Assembly (NCBI RefSeq): GCF_000143415.4
Contig: NW_003314264.1
Location: 3,171,710-3,235,709 of the forward strand
Length of the DNA: 64,000 bases
Source: Selaginella moellendorffii
Taxonomy: Eukaryota; Plantae; Lycopodiophyta
Direction: 5' to 3'
How positions within the stretch are numbered: the stretch's first letter is position 1; every line of letters starts with the position of its first letter. A program made the position numbers and the translations under genes. Positions 24,672 to 38,875 of this stretch are shown one piece after another. The notes below the pieces were generated by a model. That model searched no databases, was not told where the DNA came from, and worked only from the letters and a program-made list of their open reading frames with translations.

Positions 24672-27600
24672 ATGGCCTGGGGGCCTTTTCTTTTCACCCC
24701 ACGCCACCACCAGCACAGTAACTCCAGTTAGTTGAAAATCCCTCATCCTCCGCTGGCAAGGCAACAGTTTTGGATAAGAGACTAGGAGGCGGCACTTTCA
24801 CCGAGGTGAAAGAGGCCCCTATCGGCGGCGTAATGGCCGCGCGGCAGGGCCAGCGGCGCCACCGGCGGCGGTGACGGTCGCGTGGCCCCGCCGCCCGCGG
24901 GGTGGCGCCGCGTGGCAGCCAGCTGGCAGAATATTCGGCGCTCTGAAAGCTGTAGCTGGGGACTGGAACTCCTTACCTGCGCTTAGATTTTTTGGCGCTC
25001 GCGTTCCTCTCGCTTTTGTTCTTCTTACAAGCAACGGCGACGATGAGGAGAGTTTTCAATGGGGGCGTTGGCACGTCGTGGTAGCGGCATCTAGAAAACG
25101 TTGATGTGTGGGAGAAATTTTCGCTGGAACAAGAAGATTTCTATCATCCCCCGCGGCGTCGTCAAGGGCGTTGCATCTATCTAGATTCTCCAGGGATCCA
25201 ATTGCGCATCTCTCAATCAGTTGGGATCGCTATCGTTAGTTGGGGGGTGGAGAATCAATACGTCGAGCTTGTTTGGTCCGTGCCAGTGCCTTTGACTGGC
25301 CAGCGTGGATTGATTTTCCATCGAAAGAGATTTCAGGGTTTCCATCGTTGCTCGCATCTTAGAATAGAGTATCTATATGATGCTCTACTCAAGGAAAACC
25401 ACTAGTATAATCCCGGAATGATTGGCTTTGTCCATCGACGTGATCCATCCGGCTCATAAGTTTCTAACCAAATTAGTGTCCACGCGCGCACGCTTGCATG
25501 CATTGCAAGCTGCTACACCGACACCCAACACATTGTTTGGTTCACCCAACAACCACCAATTTAGGCAAAGAAACTCCATCCAAACCAAAAAAAGAGGGTG
25601 TCAATGAATTGTGAATCAATGTTCTTCCCTGGACCCTGCGCTCGGATTCCCGAAAACAACCCCACAGGCTCCAGTTGATTGATCTCACGCCGACATATTC
25701 CCAGTTTTTTCTTGGCAATTTGGCCTGGAGTGGACGAGGACAAAGCTTTACGAAAGGGGTAATGTCGGTCGATCTCCAGCGACCGATTTCATCGATCAAT
25801 CCAGTCCAATCCTCCTCGAAAAAGAAGGCCAAGGAAAAAGAGTAAGATTTGGAGAACTTGTGGTGGTTCTTCCAGTTGCCCCTTCCGTACAAATCCACAT
25901 ATCATGAAAATTAACATCCACCTCATCAACTGTGGATCCAACAGCCGCAACAGCGATGCAACACACAAGGGTGCGATGTCGGTAAGTACAAGCATAGATC
26001 CATGTGCGCCATGGGGCCCATGTCCGGGCATTCAAGACAACGTACGGCAGAGAAGCAGTGTGGGCGTACGGTGCCCACCCCAGGGGAAACAGCAGCATTT
26101 ACTCCGCATCCCTGGAATATGCGCGGCCCAGGTGGGCTCGGGCTCCAGCCGGGTGACGTCGGCTGCCACCGTGGCAGGAGACGTCAGCGGGGGTTTTGGC
26201 AGGACACGCGTCAGCGCCCCAGTTCCCCACTGTCCAAGCTGACAGATGAGCGGTGAAGATAATTCCAGCCGGGTAGTCCTCTTTTTTCCAACCGTCCGGC
26301 CGGGCGGTGGATCTTGACCACGGTTGTTCCGTAATTCAACTCGCGTGTGGTCCGTCCGATGGTGCCAGCGACGGCCAAGATTTCCCTAGCGCTGCGCTTT
26401 TCTGTAATGTCCGTGGTCCGAGCAAGGCAAAAAATCTTTGGCGATTTCGCGAGAAAGGGGCGGATCCCACTTCGCATTCCTCGCTCTCGCTCGCATTGAA
26501 TCCATGATCCCACAAACCGCAAACATCCTGTACAGAGGAGCGCAGAGTGTAGAATTGCCCAGATTTTAGACAAGGAAGGCACCCAATTGACGATCTTGCC
26601 GAGCTCAGGGAAAGCAAGCTCGCTGGTGCAAAGGGTAGCCTCTCCTAGTAGCTAGCGTGTGTCTGTGGATTCGATCCAATCCACCCAGCCATTTTAACCA
26701 TCTTGCGCTCTGGATGGATGTGACATTAGCCATGACGCATTGTCACTCTCTTTCATCGCTCAGCGGCAAATTCATGTCGATTCCTCGCTGCCCATGAATG
26801 AAATCATCCTGTCTTTGTGTGTCTTCTCAAAGATCCCTCGTTTGTTTTTTATATAAATCCAGAGAGCCCAGTTTGCCTGGCCTAGAACAGGGGAGCCCTG
26901 GGAGAGAGAGAGAGAAAGAGAGAACCTCACTGTGAAAGGTATAGTTATGTCTTTCTCTGGCGCGTGAGAGTGTGTGCATTGGATTCCTTGCTCCTTCCTA
27001 TAAGCTCTATTTTTTTTCTCTTTTATTTCTTTCGCTGAGATGACTTGAGGCCACCACCACCACCACCTCCCGCCCATGTGAAAAAAGCTTCGCTGCTACC
27101 TTCTTTCTTTGCTTTGGGGCTTTGGCTTGCGAGAGGGAGTGAGAGAGATTGAGAGGTTTTCCCCTAAGCCTTTTCTTTCCCCACTCGCCCTCACCACATT
27201 CACTCCATTCGCCATCAAAGGCGGCCACACCACCCCCGCCAAACGATCTGGAAGTGAGCGAGCGAGCGAGCGAGCGAGAGCTTGTTGTTAGCACCCCTTG
27301 GATTGATCCATCCAAAGCGTGCTTGCTTGAGCTTAAATCTCTGGGAACTAAACAAACGGGACGGGAAGTTGGCTCCTCACAGAAAAGGGAGAGTGAGAAA
27401 CAAAAAGAGAGAGAGAGAGAGAGTCGCGTGGCAGTGCAGGCATCAGCGCTGAGCGGCAGCACAAGAGCCAGAGAGCAGTGGTTTCAAGCGCAATTCAACG
27501 CTGCCAGTGTAGATCCATTCCCCTTGCTTTTGCCCACTTTCTCTCCTTTGCTCCCAGTCTAGATTCGTTTCGCCACCATTATATTGCTCGAGTAGCAGTC

Positions 27601-28011
27601 ACTCCTCCTCGGAATCCCTCTATACAAGGCCGTGGAGAAGCGTGAAGAGCGGTGAATTGCGATCAAATTCTCATTCCCGGGTGAATACAGATTGAGAGAC
27701 AGAGAGAGAGAGAGAGAGAGGCTATCATCTCGCTCCAGGCAGCTCTCGCGGCGAATGAAAGTGCGCGGAGCAAGGATTCGTTGGGTTTAATCCCTGATTC
27801 TTCGAGAAGAAGAGGCGTCGAAGGCGCAGGGGAAGTTGCCCGCGCATGCCCGCAAAAATCTTGGCCAGTTTTTCCCTCGCCCGAGTCGCTCCACGCCGCC
27901 CGTGTCGTTCTCCGGAATTGGCCGCGTCGCTGCGCTAGCTGCTGTGTGGCTCGCTCGCCTCTGGCTCGTAACGCCCTGGGCATTGACCAGATAAATGCGC
28001 TGCTGCTCCCC

Positions 28012-29280
28012 ATGGATTCCTCGTCGTCGGAGCAACTGGCCGGGTTCGGGATCGTGGGGCACCAGTTTGGGAGCGGCGCTAGCAGCTATGTCCTCGACAT
28101 GGATCGAGTGGAGCCGCCGTTTCTCTGCGCGGGGGAGGAGCACGCCACGGACTCGTCCAGCCAGTCAAGCCCAGCCGGCGCCGGGATATCCATTGACTTT
28201 GGCGGCGGCATGGAGTCAACTGAGGAGCTCCACTACCTCATCCATGGCGGCGACCGCAGCGTGTTCGATCAATTGGACATCTTTGGGCAGCACAATTTCC
28301 CGCCGCTGCTCGACCCAGCCGCCGCGCTGGGCTGCGGCGACGCCCACCACGGCCAGCTCCCGGATTTAGACGAGCTGATCCAGGCCTCGGGCGTGGACGC
28401 GGTCGGATCCAGCAGCAGTGATGGCGAGGGCGTGGATCATCAGCACCAGCACCAGCACCAGCAGCACGAGGCGGTGCACGCTTCCGCGAGCTCGGCCACC
28501 TCCAGCGCCAGCTCCGACGCGGGTCTGTGTCCCTTGGGCACCAGCAGCTCCGGCGCCACCTCGGTCATGCAGCAGGCCCAAGCAATCCAGCCGGGCGAGC
28601 CATGGGCTCATCGCTTCCCTGATGTCGGTTTCACATCAGGCATGGCCGCGGATCCAGAGAGCAAGCAAGGGATGTTCTCGGCTTCCCAAGGAGGCAGCGA
28701 CATGGAGCATGCTTCTTCCCAAGCTCCCAACGAACAACATCAAGGTGGTGGTGGCGCTGGCGCTGGCGCCGGCATGGCAAACATGCGGGAGACCTTGTAT
28801 AGAATGGCGGTCTGGAGGCCCATCACGGCCACGGATTGCCTGGGCGGGAGCAAGCCCAAGCGGAGGAACGTGCGAATCTCGTCGGATCCACAGACGGTGG
28901 CGGCGAGGCACCGGCGGGAGAGGATCAGCACCAAGATCAGGATCTTGCAAAGGCTGGTTCCCGGAGGTACCAAGATGGACACGGCCTCGATGCTAGACGA
29001 GGCCATCCACTATGTCAAGTATCTCAAGTCGCAGGTCCAGGCTATGGAGATGCTGGAGCAGAGCAGTGGTGATCAACCCCTGCTCAGGAATTCATCATCA
29101 GCTGCATCATTAGCGTCCACAGCGACAGCAGCATCACAAACTGCTGCTCCAGGGATCTGTCATTTGTACAACGCGCACAGTGGAAGTGGTCTGCTGAATG
29201 GCAGCATCTTTTGGCCACAGCAGTTTTCAATGGACAGTGGTGGACTCCTAGTACAACAGGTCAACATTTCAGGATATTGA
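28012..29280 (+). CDS. HECATE/INDEHISCENT-type (subfamily VIIIb) bHLH transcription factor
   Basis: [14 protein letters not shown]...[54 protein letters not shown]; intronless. Confidence 0.92.
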   Translation: MDSSSSEQLAGFGIVGHQFGSGASSYVLDMDRVEPPFLCAGEEHATDSSSQSSPAGAGISIDFGGGMESTEELHYLIHGGDRSVFDQLDIFGQHNFPPLLDPAAALGCGDAHHGQLPDLDELIQASGVDAVGSSSSDGEGVDHQHQHQHQQHEAVHASASSATSSASSDAGLCPLGTSSSGATSVMQQAQAIQPGEPWAHRFPDVGFTSGMAADPESKQGMFSASQGGSDMEHASSQAPNEQHQGGGGAGAGAGMANMRETLYRMAVWRPITATDCLGGSKPKRRNVRISSDPQTVAARHRRERISTKIRILQRLVPGGTKMDTASMLDEAIHYVKYLKSQVQAMEMLEQSSGDQPLLRNSSSAASLASTATAASQTAAPGICHLYNAHSGSGLLNGSIFWPQQFSMDSGGLLVQQVNISGY

Positions 29281-30725
29281 TCAATCAATCAATCTTTTCC
29301 GTTCTTTTCTTCTTGCTCTTCTTCTTATTGATCTCCTTGATATCTTTTTCCCCCCTCTGCATTGGTGCAAGATCAGGAGCAAGATCACACATGCACAAGC
29401 TGATCCGGGCAAAGGCACACAACACCCACACATGTAACATGCGTCCCTCTCACTTGCTTTTCTGGTTTTGTTTGGATTCCTCCTCCTCCCCCTCCTCCTC
29501 CTCCTTGTCTCTTTCTCTCTGTGTGTAATTTCCAGATTTTGATGAAACATCTGCATAGGGCTGGGCTTCCTCCTCCCTTGTCATGTGGAAAGGACCAAGC
29601 AGCTCGTGAGAGAAGGATCGATGATCATATGATCTTGTGCTTTGCTCTCTCTCAAATGGAAATGTAAATGTCTCGAGTGTTAACTTGGCTGGTTGGGCCG
29701 GTTTACTGGTGGTTGACCTGTGTCAATGGAAGTAGGGTCCATTGGAGATCTTCCAAGAGCAGATCCAAATTCTTCTGCTTAGCATGATTGGCAGATATTC
29801 AACACTGCTTTAGGTGGACTTGTTCAGACAGACAACTACAACATCAAAGCACAGGATTTGTTTGCCATTTTCAACACAAACACATATATGCACTCAACAC
29901 ACACACACTAACAACCAAGACATTATTGTGTAGCTTGGGGGGAACAAGGCATTGCCCAAAAGCTGAGGATGTGATTCCTCTTGGCCCCAATTTGTTTATG
30001 CAAGGAATGTTCCTCTATTTCGTGACAATGTGGATTTGCTTTGGGAACACAAAGGAAAAATGTGTTGCATTGGGATGGATGACTAAAATACTAAGCTTCA
30101 TATTTCTTAACAATTGATTTGCTTAGCACGTGTAACCCATGGTCTTGTATTTTAGAGCACAAAACTCCAGCCCATATTCCGTTACCATGAAAAAATAAGT
30201 TTCTTCCTGTGTTTGGGGCAAGATTTTTTTGCAGCCCAGCAGATCACCCAAAATGAGCAAGATATCACACAATGACCTCAAATGGGACGAAAACAGCAGC
30301 AAAGCTCTTCTTGGTTATGTTTCCAAAACTGTTGCAGCAGCAACCTTTGTCTCTAGTTTTCATCTATCCGAGAACAGTGCAAAAGAAAACAAAGCAAACA
30401 CTCCCCACACTGATTTCAATATGCACAAGCACCAGTGCATGCATTTGGGCTACTGCCTGCTCTCTCGAAGATTCCAGCCAAGTCTTGCAGAAAAAGGTGG
30501 CAACATTAGAGCCCAACTAAATATTATATGCATTTGAATGTACTCTACGAAGGGTGGCGCTTCAGTGTCTCAACCTACTTTTGTTGATTTCAAGAAGGAA
30601 ACTATTGGTTTCCTGATATAAAATAAAACTATATCATACTACTCGTTATACTAGTCAGATAACAAATAGATACTCCCTCAGAATCAGAAGAAAGTTGTTT
30701 CTCTAAATTGAAGGATGAGCCCAAG

Positions 30726-31768
30726 TCATTCTATATTGTGAAAACCGGGTAGCAATGACGTGACGAAACCAACAGCGAGCATTTGCACTTCCCTCACGAA
30801 TCCTCTCCAGTTACCAAGTTGAGCTTGCGCTTGCGCTTGATCTTGATCTTGGGCTTGAGCTTGATCTTCAGCTCGTGCTGGCTGTTCGTCCGCATCGGGA
30901 GCTGCTGCCACCCTTGCCTCGTTTTGCAGATCCTCGGGTGGAATTGCTGCTGGAACAGCAGCAGCACCATTATCTCCACCTCGTGCCTCTAATCACCAAA
31001 AAAGAGCAAAGTAAAGCTCGAAAAGGAGAAGAAGAAAAAGAAAAAGAAACCTGGGACTGGAGCATTGCGAGCTGGCTGTATAGGAGGAGGCATCATGATC
31101 CTCCTCGCTCTTTCCGAGGCCCAACGGAGTATTGGTGTCAATGCTCCAGTCTGATACCTGTCAAGAGCTCATAAGGACGCGAATAAATTCGCGAAAACAA
31201 AAACTTACAGGTAAACTATACTCGCCAGGAAGAGCAGTAGTAGCCGGTCACGAGATCCATCTTGGCTAAAGATGAATACCATCGTGATAAGCTTGAGAAT
31301 TAGCAGCAAATCGAGATGGATGCCAACTTGAAACCTCCGGACGATGACTCTTTCTTGTTGATCCGGCCTGGCCCCTGCTGCTGCTTGACCTGCTGCCCCT
31401 TCTGTTGTTTCGGAAGGATCCTCTCTACCGAAAGGAATTCCCCTGGCAGCAATCAGGAATTTTCGAGAGTGTAGAACACCAAAGTTTTGCACGACAAGAT
31501 AATTTAAAGCTTACAATGGAGCGCCGTATGCGAAAGGAACTGGCGGTAGGCTCGATCCCACCGCTGGGACGGCAAAAATGCCACCCTGACGCGAATTCTC
31601 ATCCTGAGGAGCGGGATAAAGAGGAATCATCGGCATTCCAGAGACCGGATCGAAGACAACGGGGACATAGAATGGCGCCTGCAGGAGCATCGAGATGGCG
31701 AGATCTGCGAGGAATTGGAGAGCTCTCACCTGGAATTGGCCTTGCTTCGTTGTGCCTTGTTCTTCCAT
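30726..31768 (-). CDS. EBS7: EBS7-like ER membrane protein (ERAD-associated), multi-exon
   Basis: VRRFQVGIHLDLLLILKL..FIFSQDGSRDRL..VYL|YQTGAL; C-terminal VREVQMLAVGFVTSLLPGFHN. Confidence 0.75.
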
Positions 31769-31920
31769 TTCGAACAAAAAACCCTAGGTAGTTCAAGAAG
31801 GTTTGGTGTTCGAATCCCTATAGAATCGTGGCTGCCTCGTTGTGTCCGTCCAAAATAAATGTACCGTTGGGGATCCGACGAGCAAGGGCAAATTCGTTTG
31901 AAGTTTTAGGGTTCTTGGGA

Positions 31921-34074
31921 ATGAAGAAGAAGCCGCCAAGCCCTCCTCCATTCTCGGAATCGACGGGTCTGCTGGAGCTTGTGACGCCGCCCAAGCCGCA
32001 TTTAGTCGATCGGCGCCTGGATGCGTCGTCTTGCTGCCGGCAGTTGATGCTGCAAGGTACCAGATCTTGAGGGCTAGGTTTTCTCTTTCTCGCCGATAAA
32101 CTTGTCAATTCTCTTCCAGAATCTCCTCAACGTGATGCCGCTGTCGGGAAAGAGAATCGCTCGGCTCGAAAATACAAGCAATCAAAGGCGATGAATGCCA
32201 AGAACGTTTTGGGGGAACGAAGCGTGAATCTTGATCGTGGAGCTGCTCCGGAGCAGAATGTAGCAGAGCAGGTTGAAATTTTGGCTGAAAATCTCAACGA
32301 TCAGGAGCCCCGGCTGGCAGACCAGTCAGGACGTGAGAATCTTGACAGAGGCGGAAGCGCTGAGAAGATGGAAGATCAGGCCAAAGAAAGCTTGGTACCT
32401 GGTGCAGTGACGGCATTTGTGATGGATCCAGCCGAAATTCAAGAAGGTGGAGAGGTGATGGAACTTTCTCCGAATCTTAGCGACATATCCAAGACAATTC
32501 TCGACATTCTCGAGGACGACAGCACGGAAGTGGAGAAGCCGCCGTATCATCCAGTATCAAACCCATTTTCACCACGCCCTCGGTTCTTAAGGCTCAAGCG
32601 AGGTGGGAAAGCTCAGCAGCCTTACGATCCCGAGTCCAACCCACTATCTCCAAGGCCAGAGTTTCTGAGATACAATCCTGTCAAGCACCGGGAGTTTGTG
32701 CAAGCACACGAGACTGGTCGGGTCGAGAAAGCTTTGGTTTTCTCGGACGTTGGCAGTGACGACGGTCAAGCTCCAGAGTTGCCCGGTTTGAAGCGAAGTG
32801 CCTCTTGTCCCGATCTGACCATCACAGACGACCAACTTCCACTGCCACCTTTGGGAAAAACTCCGGCTGTTTCGCTCGAAGGAAAGGCACAGGCAGACAC
32901 GCAGGAATGCAATCACAAAATCCCAGTAGCTTCTGGACAGAGCATGATCTTGAGAAGAGCGTTGCTTCTACTGCTGTCTCTCAGCTTTCTTGCGACAGCC
33001 TGCGTCGAGCTACGAGGTCGCTCTGGTTTCTTCAGGGACTTGGGACAGAAAATAGTGTTTCGGACGCCGGAACGGAGAACCTCGGAAGCTGAAGGCTATC
33101 CCGGAAACTGGGGAATCGTAACCGGTGTGTCCAATCACTCCCTGCTGATGGTACCCGAAGTCCGCGAGAGGATTCTTCTGTCGGTTTATGGTGAAGATGG
33201 GGATGATGCTGTGATCACTTCAACGACAGATGAGCTAAGGAACGTGGAAGTTGCGGCAGCCTTGACCGACACAGAGGTTTCGGAAGCAAATGAGCCAGGA
33301 AGTGTCGAGGCGGCAAGCGACGAAGTTGATATGGTGGCGGAGCAAAAGAACGCTGAGGCAAAATTGGCAGAGAGTAGCGGAAAGTGCTCGAGGTTTGAGT
33401 GGGAGGAAAGCGTGGCGAAGATGTGTCTGGAGAAGACCATCTTTCGGCATACCCCAGGTGGTGAACTTCCCGTTCCGACAACTACAACGTTTGAAGCAGC
33501 GGCTACAGAGATAGAGGGCTTGGAGGATGCGGCATTGCTCGAATTCTTCAAGAGCATAGCTGGGGAGCCAGTGGATCACACAAGAAACTCGAGCACGCCC
33601 GGTTTGCTTGGACAACGCTTCGCCAACATGCTGGGCTCACTGTCGAGAAGCTTGAGGACTTCACTGTGGAGCAAGCTAGCAGTTGAAAGCTTATCGGTGC
33701 TCGGTGTTGCCGCCACGGCTATCATCTGGCTGAGGAAGAGACGACGGGCAGGCGTAGCGCGCGCCTCAGCAGCAGCACCACTGGCAACATTTTCTCGTCG
33801 CGGAAAAACGCAAAGCGCTGCAACTCGAGAGACGATGACCACCACCAGCAGTGAAGAGAGCGGATCGGGCAGCACCAGCACAAACGAAGGCTACGGTAGC
33901 TTCACTGCGATGGAACCACTGGATTCGCGGGTAAGTTCTTCCTCGCGTTGATTCATTCAAGCTCTTACATACTGTTTATCTGCTTGAAACCAGGGAGAGA
34001 TCAAAATCACGCCGGTGAGAAGGTCTAGTAGGATACGAGGCCGTGGTACTCAGTCACCGATGCTCAGAGCGTAA
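31921..34074 (+). CDS. Plant membrane protein with PYDP..N.LSPRP.FL motifs and C-terminal YGSFT / TPVRRSSRIR, function unknown, 3 exons
   Basis: 586 aa core ORF with in-phase flanking exons, two SPRP motifs and two hydrophobic segments. Confidence 0.75.
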
Positions 34075-34178
34075 ATCTCCAGAGAACCTTTGGATGAATT
34101 GAAAGAAATAATCGAACGAAGAAGAGAATATACCCAAATTATTTTAAATCACGAGGGATTTAGGGTTCTTCGCGGGGT

Positions 34179-37100
34179 ATGGCCGTGTCCGTGGCAGCGG
34201 AATGGAGCGCCATCGCCAACAGGTACTACCGGAAGCAGGAGATCTATCGCATGGCGTGGCACAATGTGGAGCTGAGCGGCCACAAGGTAGCGTGCGCGCG
34301 ATTCGGGGGGATGATCGCCATTATCAGGGACGACACCAAGATCGTCCGGCTCCGATCCGAGCCAGCTCGCCCCAAGCTTCTGATATTTCGATCCTCCGGC
34401 CTGCTGGTCGCATCGATAACCTGGGACCGGCCCGGCGGCCGATTGATCGCCATGGGATGGTCCGACGAAGAAATCCTCCACTGTGTGATGCAAGACGGGA
34501 GTGTGTTTCGATATGACGTCCACGGGAAGCTGCTACCCGATAAGGTCTGGTTTGGACAGGAATGCTGGGATCAAGGGATCATGGAATGCATCATCTGGGG
34601 AAATGGGATCGTCTGCCTCACCGAGGCCAACGCGGTGTTTTGCATCCCGGATCTCGGCTCCCCGCAGTTCGTGAAGCTCGCGCAGCTCACTCTGGAAGAT
34701 CCTCCTCACTGTATGGCGATCATAGAGCCCCAGCACACGGTGTCGGGGAGTGTGGAGGTTTTGCTCGCGGTGGAGTCGACTGTGATGGTGGTGGATGGCG
34801 GATCCATCCAGGATCAAGGGACGACGATAGGACCGCTCGGGAAGATGGTAGCTTCTCCTAACGGGAGCTACGTCGCGTGCTTCACTCACGATGGACGGCT
34901 TCTGGTCGTCACCAGTGACTTTTCAAAGACCATCTCGGAATTCGACACTCAGGTTGGACGCAAAGAAACACTTTTTCTGGTTCTTAGTGTTGCATGCTGT
35001 TTTGCAGTCTGCTCTACCGCCCGAGCAGCTCATATGGTGTGGAATGGACAGCGTTTTGCTCTACTCCGACGACAGTGTGCTCATGGTTGGTCCTTACGGC
35101 GATTGGACCAAGTACACTTACGACGAGCCTGTAGTGCTTATTCCCGAATGTGATGGCGTCCGAATCCTGTCCAACACGTTCATGGAGTTTCTCCAGCGGG
35201 TGCCGGACACGACGGTGTCTATTTTTTCGATTGGGAGCACGTCTCCGGGGGCAATGCTCTACGATGCTTACGACCACTTCGCGAAACGCAATGCCAAGGT
35301 TCGTGGCTTGATGCTGGTGTTATTGTATCTTTGACATAAAATGCTCTACAGGCCGATGAAAGTATCCGAATGGTTGGTTCTTCTATTCCTGACGCTGTTG
35401 AAGCGTGTATAGATGCTGCTGGACAAGAGTTTAGGATGGAGTTGCAAGACACGCTAATGCGTGCAGCAGTTTATGGTAGAACTTTCTGCAGGTATGCTGC
35501 CATCTACACTGAAATGTTGCACATTCTTTCTCCTGGCAGACGCTTCTCGAAGACCCGCATACGTGAAACGTGTAAGACATTACGAATACTGAATGGCGTA
35601 AGGGATCCAAATGTTGGCATTCCCCTGACGCTGCAGCAGTTGAAGGTGCACACTTTATTGATTTTGTATCAAGGTCACGCATTCCTTTCTACAGGTTTTA
35701 ACTTTGCCAGTCCTTATCGAGCGACTTGTGAATGAACACAAGCACTTACTTGCCATCAGGATGTCGGAGTACATGGGTCTTAGTCCAGTAAGCCTTTGAA
35801 ACCATTCAAGTTCTGCAATACCGAGCTCTGCCAGGCAGGAAACAGTTGTAGTTCATTGGGCAGGCGCGATGATTACCGCGGCCACCTCAGTACCAGACCC
35901 AGAACTATGCAACCTTCTACTGGAGAAGGTACCTTTATGCAAGTCTTACATGCTCGTTTAACTTTCGTGTTACCAGCTGAAAATGTATTCTGTGTCATAC
36001 GCTGCAATTGCTGCTCATGCTTACAGAAATGGCCGGCGAACTCTGGCTGCACTTCTTCTGGAACACGAACCACGGTCTTCCGAACAGGTATGTTGAATGG
36101 CATAAGAAAAAGCTGGTCATCTGTTGTTTTTCAGGTTCCCCTTTTGACTAGCATGGGAGAAGAGGAAAAAGCTTTGGGGAAAGCCATCAAGAGTGGAGAT
36201 ACAGACCTTGTTTACTTCACGTTATTTCATCTATGGCAAAAGGTACGCCTTCGTCTATTCTCAAGTTAACACGCGGATGAACTTTTTGCGATTGTAGAAA
36301 TCACCGTCAGAGTTTACACGTGCTGTTCAAGACAAGCCTCTTGCTCGCAACCTTTTTATCGCCTATGCGAGGTAAGCTGTCGGTTAACTATGCAAGCCTT
36401 TCATTTGTTTTCTCTTTGTTTTAGACAAAATGAACCCGATGTTTTGAAGAAGTTCTTCGCATCAATTGGACAACTTCATGTACGTCTTTGTTGCTTTGTT
36501 TATTTATTATGAATCCGAGTTGCAGAGGGTTGGCGAGCTTCTGTTATGGGAAGCGTGGGCGCAATCCAAAAATCCTGTCACTCGACAAGGATCTCCTCTT
36601 CAAGGGCCTCGAATTCGTCTTATAGAAGAAGCTCAACGCCTGTTTTCTCACAGCAAGGAGCACGACTTTGAGGCGAAAGCTTGTGACGAGCAAGCACGGC
36701 TACTGAAGTACGCTAGTTTTTATGTGATCGACATCCCATTCTACTTTTTTATTCCACAGGATCCAGCAGGAACTAGAAGCAAAAACTGGCAAAGCGATTT
36801 TCGTGGACACCAGTGTCAGTGATACGATTCGGACATGCATTGTTTTGAAAAATCACCGAGAGGCGCAAAGGATTCGTGTCGAATTCAAGGTAGTCTTTTC
36901 TCGCTTGGAATAATCTCCATTGTTTCCGTATCAGGTCCCAGACAAGCGATTCTATTGGCTCAAGGTTCTGGCGCTTGCATACATCAAGGACTGGGACGCG
37001 CTCGAAAAGTTTTCGAAAGAGAGAAGGCCGCCAGTTGGTAAGAAAAAGCTCAGCTCCAAGTCTTTTGCTTCACTTCTCTGATTCTCTCGTCCAGGATTTA

Positions 37101-37404
37101 AGCCCTTCGTCGAAGCTTGCCTACAAGAAGGCCAGACCTCCGAGGCACTGAAGTACATCCAGAAGCTCTCAGATCCCGAAGAGAAGGCCGAGGTATGAAC
37201 TTTGTTTTCGTTCCGAGAAGCTAAAACTTTGGGAAACTCCAGGCGTATGCTCAAGCTGGAATGGCCAAAGAAGCAGCGGAAGTGGCGGCGCAAGCCAAAG
37301 ACAGCGAGATACTTGGCCGTCTCAAACTTACATTCGGCCAAAGCACCACCGCCGCCGCCCTGTTTGATTCGATTCGCGATAGATTGTCTCTCCAAGGAGG
37401 CTAA
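34179..37404 (+). CDS. VCL1: VPS16 / VACUOLELESS1 (HOPS/CORVET subunit), many exons
   Basis: MAVSVAAEW..RYYRKQEIY.M.W, VLIPECDGVRILSN, SIGSTSPGAMLYDA, AIKSGDTDLVY, VPDKRFYWLKV. Confidence 0.95.
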
Positions 37405-37507
37405 ATCCGAGCAAGGAATATACCCCGTTTTAAAACCATCGTCCCATTAGGGCTCTTGAGAATTAGGGTTTTGGAGGAAGAACCCTAGGCGGCGGCGGCG
37501 GGGCAAG

Positions 37508-38066
37508 ATGAAGAACAATCCGGCCGTCAGCAGCTCCAGGCGCAAGTGCCGGAAGGCGCATTTCAGCGCGCCATCAAGCGTGCGCCGGATTTTGATGAGC
37601 GCGACGCTGTCATCGGATCTGAGGAACAAACACAATGTAAGATTTCGATCTCTGGGGAGTGCCTGCTTTCTCCTGATTGCTGCGCGCTTGCTCTGTAGGT
37701 GCGCTCGGTTCCCATTCGCAAGGACGACGAGGTCCAGATCGTCCGCGGCTCGTTCAAGGGCAGGGAAGGCAAGGTCACCCAAGTTTACCGCAAGAAGTGG
37801 GTGATTCACGTCGAGCGCATCACTCGCGAGAAAGTGAACGGTGAGAAGCACGGGGTTCTCCTCGATCTGTGGTTGATCCCTTTGATCTTTCAGGTGCTAC
37901 TGTGAACGTTGGTGTTCATCCATCCAATGTGGTGATCACCAAGTTGAAGCTGGACAAGGACAGAAAGGCGCTGCTGGACAGGAAGGGCAAGGGACGCGCT
38001 GCCGAGAAGGGCAAGGGCAAGTTCACGGCCGAGGACGTTGCTCCGCCACTCCAAGAAGTGGATTGA
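37508..38066 (+). CDS. RPL26: 60S ribosomal protein L26 (uL24), 3 exons
   Basis: [59 protein letters not shown]. Confidence 0.97.
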
Positions 38067-38142
38067 GTGAGCTTGTCGACGTAGTCTCTCCTCTCACGAA
38101 ATTGCAAGTCTCCAGGATTTTGGCTTTCTAACTTTTTATAAG

Positions 38143-38510
38143 TGATGAGCTTTCTCTCGTTTGTCTTGTGGAAGTGCGATTGGAAGTTTAGCTGGTTTGC
38201 AAATCTAGAAACTAATGCGTATGATTTGTCGGTCACGAACATCTCTTGTTTGTGTTGTTGATGAGTTCTCTCTCGTTTGTGCTGTGGAAGTGTGATTGGA
38301 AGTTTCGCTGGTTTGCAAATCTAGAAACACGCCTCAACTAATGCATTTTGATTTGTCGAAGTCACGAACAAAATAGCCTATCTCTTGTTTGTGTTGTTGA
38401 TGAGTTTTCTCTCGTTTGTGTTGTGGAAGTGCGATTGGAAGTTTAGCTGGTTTGCAAATCTAGAAACACGTCTCAACTAATGTGTATGATTTGTCAAAAT
38501 AGCCTATTGT
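38143..38510. repeat. Three imperfect tandem copies (periods 116 and 139 bp) downstream of RPL26
   Basis: tgatgag..tctctcgtttgt..gtggaagtgygattggaagttt.gctggtttgcaaatctagaaac starts at 38143, 38259 and 38398. Confidence 0.9.
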
Positions 38511-38875
38511 CAAGTCGGTGAGATCTTTTAGTTTGAAGGCGACTCGTTTTTCTTGTTTTCTCGTGGTCAAGATCCTTTTGAAAAATCAAAGCACGGCATC
38601 GGCAGTACGTCGGTGGTACCGTGCTACGTGATCGTTCGTCCTTTAGGGAGAAATCGACAGCTAAGTGAGTTTCTTGCTCTAGAAAATTTTGATCACTATA
38701 CAAAACCGTGCACAAAAATGTACATGTAAATTGTTTTGTGTTTAGTACATACTTTTACAAATAATGTATGGAACACACCACAAAATTCCCTCTCCAACCA
38801 GAAGATTTTCTCTCCAAACCAAACTCCAAACCAAATTATATAAATTTTTGCTTCTCTGGTTGAGCTGTATACAAT

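Noticed and set aside
26703-26770. Imperfect hairpin, possible miRNA precursor
   Set aside because: Short, heavily bulged and matching no miRNA I recognise; would need small-RNA data.
38143-38510. CRISPR-like or snoRNA array
   Set aside because: Eukaryotic context, no unique spacers, no box D.
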